This document shows, in pieces, positions 59,109 through 64,000 of a DNA stretch of 64,000 bases (the first letter of the stretch is position 1; every line of letters begins with the position of its first letter). The notes beneath the pieces were generated by a model. That model was not told the origin of the DNA. It made no database searches and worked only from the letters and a program-made list of their open reading frames with translations. The position numbers and the translations under genes are program-made. The stretch is from Candidatus Omnitrophota bacterium (GTDB taxonomy: Bacteria; Omnitrophota; Gorgyraeia; Gygaellales; JBFMHM01). Location of the stretch: the NCBI GenBank assembly GCA_040753015.1, contig JBFMHM010000001.1, positions 275,157-339,156 of the forward strand. The letters are read 5' to 3'.

Positions 59109-59492
59109 TCAGATTATACTATAAAATTCTTTTTCTTTCTCAGTCTTTGTTTTCGAAAGAATCAATAGATGATTCGTCCAACTTATTTGTGTCAGCAGTG
59201 CTGACACAAATTTTTTCTGATGATAAGCGTCATGAAACTGCCACATCCGGTATAGCCGTCGCCGATTAAAACCTTTAAATTCCGGATGTTTGCTTTGAAT
59301 ATAACAAGCCAGTTGATCTACTGCCGCATCACCCCACTCAGCAGTCTTAAGCTTATTACTTATATATCCACCAACATTCCAATATAATTTTACGAGTTCG
59401 GCATTAACGCTTTTAATAGCATTAAAACGAGCCTCATGAATCATCCTAACGACTTCGGAAAACTGATTATCAAGCCGTTTAACTATTTTCAT
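59109..59492 (-). pseudogene. DUF1016 (YhcG-like PDDEXK nuclease) N-terminal fragment, 127 aa of ~350
   Basis: LYWNVGGYISNKL...GDAAVDQLACYIQSKHPEFKGFNRRRLYRMWQFHDAY...LLTQISWTNHLLILSK...KEFY matches the DUF1016 N-terminal region. The nuclease domain is absent. Confidence 0.55.
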
Positions 59493-59529
59493 TTATCTTC
59501 CTGCCTACAATTTTATCTCTATCATTAAA

Positions 59530-59589
59530 GTAGGGGCGAAACCATGTTTTCGCCCCAATAATTTGGGCGATTACACGGAATCGCCCCTA
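59530..59589. repeat. Nested GC-rich palindromic element in AT-rich intergenic DNA
   Basis: GTAGGGGCGA...TCGCCCCTAC outer 10-bp inverted repeat enclosing hairpins GGGGCGAAAccatgTTTTCGCCCC and GGGCGAttacacggaaTCGCCC. Confidence 0.6.
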
Positions 59590-59692
59590 CGAACATTAAA
59601 AACATAAAAATTATTTTTAAAACATTTTTCTTTTGCATCAAACACCTAAAAATTTGCTCTGTAAATTTTTTATCCCGAAGCATACGAGAAAA

Positions 59693-60220
59693 TTATCCTT
59701 TTTTAATATCACGGTTTGGATGAAAACCAATTATTTTCTTTTCTTTAACCGTCGACGGTTCAAACAAATTTCTAAGCGCATCAAAAACCATTTTAAAATG
59801 CGAGTCATATTTCTTTTCCATCGTTTCAATCTTACGCCTTAACGCTGTATAAGTCAACGCCATACGTTTGAAATTAACAAATGCGCGCATAATTTGTATA
59901 TTTGCCATTACCGCACGCCTACTGCGTAAAACGCTTGAAAGCATAGCCACGCCTTGCTCGGTAAATGCATAAGGCAAATAACCACCTAAAACCTGTAGCG
60001 ATGGTATCACATTTTGTGATACCATAATTTTAACTTCTGCATTTGTAATTCGAAACATAAAATCTTCGGGAAATCGCTCTCGATTCCTTTTTACTTGCTG
60101 CCTCAGCGCTATGGGCTTAACATCATAAAGAACCGCTAAATCTTTATCTAACATTACCCTTTTGCCTCTAATCTGAAAAATCTTATTCTCAATCTGCTCA
60201 ACTGATAACGATCTACTCAT
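59693..60220 (-). CDS. ORF6N-domain protein, copy B (near-identical paralogue)
   Basis: 175 aa, differs from copy A by 1-2 residues (PPT->PST). Part of the ~700-bp duplicated block. Confidence 0.7.
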   Translation of the reverse strand: MSRSLSVEQIENKIFQIRGKRVMLDKDLAVLYDVKPIALRQQVKRNRERFPEDFMFRITNAEVKIMVSQNVIPSLQVLGGYLPYAFTEQGVAMLSSVLRSRRAVMANIQIMRAFVNFKRMALTYTALRRKIETMEKKYDSHFKMVFDALRNLFEPSTVKEKKIIGFHPNRDIKKG

Positions 60221-60353
60221 TTCTTAACTCCATTTTCCGAAATAATTAACAGCACCAAAAAATAAAAACATAAAACCTAATCTAAAAATTTTATTTAATA
60301 AATCATCTAATTCTTTTTTATCCATTTTTGCGTTTTTGCGGTTGCAACACTTC

Positions 60354-60395
60354 TTTGCGCCTTTGCGGTTGCAATCTTTTGCATCAAACACCTCC
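60354..60395 (+). repeat. 42-nt cassette-boundary repeat, copy 2
   Basis: Identical 42-mer. Confidence 0.85.
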
Positions 60396-60426
60396 AGTAT
60401 TTAAAAATTTACAATATAAAATTATT

Positions 60427-60756
60427 TTACAAATAAATGACCTTGCCTGTTCTCTTTATTTCAGAAAGAAAATCAAGTTTATTTTTCACATTGAATTCTT
60501 TTGATGTGTAACCTTTCGCTTCAATTGGCTTCATTATCCTTGCAGCTGCAATGCCAAGAACCTCAAGCCTTTCCCGTAAATTCATTTTTTTAAAATCATT
60601 CGATATAACAGCAACATCAATATCACTGTCTTTACGTTCTTTTCCTCTTACAAATGAACCATAAAGAATCACCTTTTCAATATTAATCCCTAATGTTTGC
60701 AACATCTCTTTATATTCACTTATATATTTTTTAATCTTATATCCTGCTTTAAACAT
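60427..60756 (-). CDS. MNT nucleotidyltransferase (HI0073-like)
   Basis: YGSFVRGKERKDSDIDVAVI motif. Confidence 0.75.
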   Translation of the reverse strand: MFKAGYKIKKYISEYKEMLQTLGINIEKVILYGSFVRGKERKDSDIDVAVISNDFKKMNLRERLEVLGIAAARIMKPIEAKGYTSKEFNVKNKLDFLSEIKRTGKVIYL

Positions 60757-61115
60757 TTTATTATCTCCATGGTTTTATCTAGATATTTTTTAGTAATATT
60801 TTTTGGATAATTAGATACAAGCCTCGATAAATCTTCTGGATATCTTGTTACCACTCCAGCATTATTAATTATGCCAACAAAATCTAATAAATCCGCAGAT
60901 AACTTAATTTTTCCAAGATCCAATAAATAAATTAGGTCATGCGTTTTCGGAGGAAGTTTATTTATCGCTTCAGAAACAATTGCCTTAAGAACTTTTTCAA
61001 TTGCCAAATGACACATAAAAATAACATAAACATACCGCCCCGTCTTAAACATTTGTTTAGCGGTTGTTAGATCATATTCCACCATATTTAGCCAATTTTT
61101 AGTCTCTTTATTCAT
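60720..61115 (-). CDS. HEPN-domain protein (HI0074-like), upstream partner of the MNT
   Basis: 131 aa HEPN fold with a C-terminal RYPEDL-type motif. Overlaps the MNT gene by 37 nt. Confidence 0.7.
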   Translation of the reverse strand: MNKETKNWLNMVEYDLTTAKQMFKTGRYVYVIFMCHLAIEKVLKAIVSEAINKLPPKTHDLIYLLDLGKIKLSADLLDFVGIINNAGVVTRYPEDLSRLVSNYPKNITKKYLDKTMEIIKCLKQDIRLKNI

Positions 61116-61135
61116 TTCGCGCTTTTATTTTTTAT

Positions 61136-61177
61136 TTTTGCGCCTTTGCGGTTGCAATCTTTTGCATCAAACACCTC
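61136..61177 (+). repeat. 42-nt cassette-boundary repeat, copy 3
   Basis: Identical 42-mer, here followed on the transcribed strand by uORF MQKIATAKAQK* and the HEPN gene. Confidence 0.85.
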
Positions 61178-61266
61178 CAATTTAGAATTGTTATATTATG
61201 TGGACGAGACAACCTTGCTCCTACTTAAATTAATAAATACATAAATTTTTTATATTATACCATAGT

Positions 61267-62211
61267 TTATTTATCATTTAAAAAATTTTTAAACTCTATT
61301 GGTAAATCGCTCTTAAACTCCATTATTTCTTTTGTGCGGGGATGAGGGAATTTTATACTTTTGGCGTGTAAAAACATACGCGAAGATAGGGGCAAACTGC
61401 CGTTTGCCCCTACATTTTTACCGTATTTTGTATCACCTAAAATAGGATGGCCTATTGATGCAAGATGCACCCGTAATTGGTGGGTGCGGCCGGTTTGCGG
61501 AATAAGCTCTAAAAAAGACCAATTTTTTGTTCTTTTTAATGTTTTATAATACGTTAAAGCGTTTTTTTCATCACGTGATATACCTGTAGTCATTCTACGA
61601 AAATCCTTTGGGTGCTTGCCAATGCTTGAGTCAATTCGGCCTTCATCAAATTGAATCTCACCATAAACCACTGCAATATATTGGCGGCTAATTAAATGGC
61701 GGGAAAATTGTTTTACAAAAAAATAGTGTGCTTGATTATTCTTTGCAATAAGCATTAACCCTGATGTTTCTTGGTCAAGCCGATGCACAATTCCCGGCCG
61801 AGTTGGATCAACTGTTGAAAGCTGTTTTCCTAAAAATACAAGCCCATTAACAAGTGTATTATCCCAATTGCCCGGCGCAGGATGCACAACTAATCCTGCC
61901 TGTTTATTTATAACAATAAGGTCATCGTCTTCATAAACAATATCTAGAGGAATATTTTGAGGAATAATTCCAATTACGGGCGCATCACGATACACCCCTA
62001 CAATAATATCGCCGGGTTTTATTTTTTGATGTGGATTAGTTTTATTGCCATTTACAGTAATATCGCCAGATAAAATCAATTTTTTAATAATTTCGCGAGA
62101 GATAGTAATAGGCTGGCCAAACTCCAACTCTACAGATAATTTTTCATGCAAATAAACATCGATGCGTTTATCTTTATCTTGCTCGCCTACTATTAGATTG
62201 ATTTCTTGCAT
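61267..62211 (-). CDS. rluD: 23S rRNA pseudouridine synthase, RluD family
   Basis: S4 domain plus pseudouridine synthase catalytic motif HRLDQETSGLML. Confidence 0.85.
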   Translation of the reverse strand: MQEINLIVGEQDKDKRIDVYLHEKLSVELEFGQPITISREIIKKLILSGDITVNGNKTNPHQKIKPGDIIVGVYRDAPVIGIIPQNIPLDIVYEDDDLIVINKQAGLVVHPAPGNWDNTLVNGLVFLGKQLSTVDPTRPGIVHRLDQETSGLMLIAKNNQAHYFFVKQFSRHLISRQYIAVVYGEIQFDEGRIDSSIGKHPKDFRRMTTGISRDEKNALTYYKTLKRTKNWSFLELIPQTGRTHQLRVHLASIGHPILGDTKYGKNVGANGSLPLSSRMFLHAKSIKFPHPRTKEIMEFKSDLPIEFKNFLNDK

Positions 62212-62924
62212 TTGAATAAAAATATTCCCGCCATTATAAATACCCCTATTGATATTACCTGAAACAATGTCAGTCCGTGAAATACTACTGGATTATCTGC
62301 TCTAAAAAATTCGATAATAAAACGTCCTGCAGAATATAGCGTCAAATATGTATAAAAAACACAACCTAATGCAAGTTTTTTTGTTTGTAGGTATCTTAAA
62401 AATAAAAATAGAATTGTTAAATAGAATACAGAATATATCTGTGTGGGTATAGCCCAATAATTAAGATTTGGAAAAAAAATGCCATATTTTAAAGATGCCT
62501 TGCCATAGCAACACCCATTTAAAAAACATCCTATCCTCCCGATTGCTTGAGCTATAGCAACAAATGGCACAGAAAAATCAAAAATTTTCAATACGGAAAA
62601 TTTCTTTCTTCTTATCAACACAATAGCCGCTAAAATACCAGCAAATAAACCTCCGAAAAACGATAACCCTCCATGATTAAGCATAAATATTTCTAAAGGG
62701 CTGGCTAGATATTCTTTAAGGTGTTCTAAAACATAAAAAACTCTTGCTCCTAACACCCCGGAAATTATCACCCAAAAACCTATATCATAGATAAATTCTT
62801 TTGGGATATCAAATTTTGACGCTTGCTTCTCGGCAAAAAATACTGCCATAAAGAAACCGAGCGCCACCATCGCGCCGTAGGAATAAATTGTTATTGGACC
62901 AAAATTAAATAGTATTGGGTACAT
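62193..62924 (-). CDS. lgt: Prolipoprotein diacylglyceryl transferase
   Basis: 243 aa Lgt signature (GARVFYVLEH, IGRIGCFLNGCCYGK). Confidence 0.85.
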   Translation of the reverse strand: MYPILFNFGPITIYSYGAMVALGFFMAVFFAEKQASKFDIPKEFIYDIGFWVIISGVLGARVFYVLEHLKEYLASPLEIFMLNHGGLSFFGGLFAGILAAIVLIRRKKFSVLKIFDFSVPFVAIAQAIGRIGCFLNGCCYGKASLKYGIFFPNLNYWAIPTQIYSVFYLTILFLFLRYLQTKKLALGCVFYTYLTLYSAGRFIIEFFRADNPVVFHGLTLFQVISIGVFIMAGIFLFKCKKSI

Positions 62925-62989
62925 AATTTTAGTGTAAAATTCAAAGCGAAAAATGTAAAACTGAAGTGTAAAACTTTAAATTTTAAGCT

Positions 62990-63469
62990 TTAACTTTGCA
63001 CTTTTCGCTTTACGTTTTGCGCTTTAATTATCTGTAACATAAACCATGCTATTGATATAGTTATTGCGCTATCGGCAATATTAAAAACCGGCCAAATATG
63101 AAAATCTATGAAATCAATAACATAGCCAAAGCGAACCCTATCGACTAAATTACCTATTGTCCCGCCTAAAAATAATCCAAGCAAGATAGGATTTATATTT
63201 GTATCTTTTTTAATTAATATTAAATATATTATATAAAATATCACAAAAATAGCTGTGACTATAAAGATAAAGGTAAGATTATGCAATATACCAAACGCCG
63301 CGCCAGTATTTTTTACTAAACTAAAACTAAGGACATTAGGTATAATTGAAATTGATTTTTCTGAATAAAGAAATTTCCCGACGAGTAATTTCGTTAATTG
63401 ATCAACGAACAGAACACTAAAGCTAACTAAAGTTATGATTTTTCCTTTGCCTCTTGGCATTTCAAACAA
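62990..63469 (-). CDS. lspA: Lipoprotein signal peptidase II
   Basis: NTGAAFG and FNIADSAI motifs. Confidence 0.85.
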   Translation of the reverse strand: MFEMPRGKGKIITLVSFSVLFVDQLTKLLVGKFLYSEKSISIIPNVLSFSLVKNTGAAFGILHNLTFIFIVTAIFVIFYIIYLILIKKDTNINPILLGLFLGGTIGNLVDRVRFGYVIDFIDFHIWPVFNIADSAITISIAWFMLQIIKAQNVKRKVQS

Positions 63470-63906
63470 AGCCTTGCGTAAGGAACTACTTTTAGCCTAA
63501 TTTTTGCTATCTGACCATGACATACCTCACATAGGCCAAATGTTTTTTCTTCAATACGTTTCAAAGCATCTTCGATTTCATAAAGCGCATCTTGCTCGCT
63601 TGATGCAAGGCTCAAAGAAAACTCCCTGTCATAAGTATCTGTAGCAGCATCTGCCATATGATAAGAATAACCAGATATATCGCCAGAAGCCTCCTTCTGA
63701 GATTTTCTTAAAGTCGTATCTGCAATATGCTTTATAGTGTCTAAAATTTCTTCTTTTCTTTTAATAATAAGCGATTTATAAAACTTAATATCTTTCTTGG
63801 TAAAACCCTTGACCTTATGCTGCGCTGTTTTTTTAATCGGATTTTTTAATATTTTTTTCTTAACTATTTTTGAATATTTTTTAATATTTTTTTTCGCCTT
63901 AACCAT
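63433..63906 (-). CDS. DksA/TraR-family C4 zinc-finger regulator
   Basis: CEVCHGQI...CLKCQ C4 finger at the C-terminus. Confidence 0.7.
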   Translation of the reverse strand: MVKAKKNIKKYSKIVKKKILKNPIKKTAQHKVKGFTKKDIKFYKSLIIKRKEEILDTIKHIADTTLRKSQKEASGDISGYSYHMADAATDTYDREFSLSLASSEQDALYEIEDALKRIEEKTFGLCEVCHGQIAKIRLKVVPYARLCLKCQEAKEKS

Positions 63907-64000
63907 TATTTCCTCCGTAATCTATTTTATCGCTTCTATGCAACGAGCGCAAACTAAAGGATGCGTTGAATCACTGCCAGTGTTTAAGCTATAATTCCAA

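Noticed and set aside
58209-61177. Interpreting the 42-nt boundary repeats as integron attC sites
   Set aside because: No integrase is encoded in the window, and GTTGCAA does not fit the attC core GTTRRRY / RYYYAAC. The integron analogy is kept only as an architectural comparison.
61390-61417. Perfect 10-bp-stem hairpin GTAGGGGCAAACGGCAGTTTGCCCCTA resembling the 59530-59589 element
   Set aside because: It lies in frame inside rluD and encodes the conserved VGANGSLPL segment. This is treated as coincidental; a transcript signal is not supported.
1-64000. CRISPR arrays, rRNA and tRNA genes
   Set aside because: No array of regularly spaced 25-40-nt direct repeats with unique spacers was seen. 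The repeats present are gene-flanking and irregular. No rRNA-like or tRNA-like conserved blocks were recognised.

Overview
AT-rich chromosomal window from a Gram-negative-type bacterium (lptD, lgt and lspA are present; AGGAGGTG-type RBS; hrcA/CIRCE heat-shock control). Sixty-three of the ~64 genes run on the minus strand. The housekeeping backbone is alaS'-recA, a GGDEF cyclase, smc, bcd-etfBA (EtfA carries a 2x[4Fe-4S] domain), a dpp/opp-type ABC importer, secG-tpiA-pgk, a nucleotide-sugar block (ugd, uxs, TviB/TviC-like), lptD, accD, hrcA-grpE-dnaK-dnaJ, aroA, rluD-lgt-lspA and dksA. There are three accessory regions. (1) A two-partner secretion pair: a TpsB transporter plus an 1898-aa low-complexity TpsA adhesin, with an LTXXQ periplasmic chaperone gene next to it. 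(2) An outer-membrane cluster built around a secretin whose C-terminus looks like a TonB/TolA C-terminal domain, with ExeA/GspA-like ATPase, PilP/GspC-like, 534-aa beta-barrel and CARDB-like secreted proteins. It sits immediately downstream of a UDP-sugar locus in which one UDP-sugar dehydrogenase is split at its catalytic Cys by a 476-aa LAGLIDADG intein. (3) Housekeeping operons are colonised by small repeat-bounded selfish cassettes. An IVS-type four-helix-bundle gene between tpiA and pgk is flanked by 4x8-mer periodic inverted arms. A GxxExxY gene between grpE and dnaK is flanked by GCGGTTGCAA inverted arms that also supply dnaK's leader. A 1.56-kb segment upstream of pgk is bounded by a 40-bp direct repeat and carries an IS30-family transposase fragment plus a PIN module. 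At 55-61 kb an array of ORF6N (two copies plus a remnant), HepT/MntA, HEPN/MNT, MNT-like and DUF1016' cassettes is separated by a thrice-repeated 42-nt promoter/RBS/uORF element, and includes a ~700-bp recent duplication. No rRNA, tRNA or CRISPR was seen.
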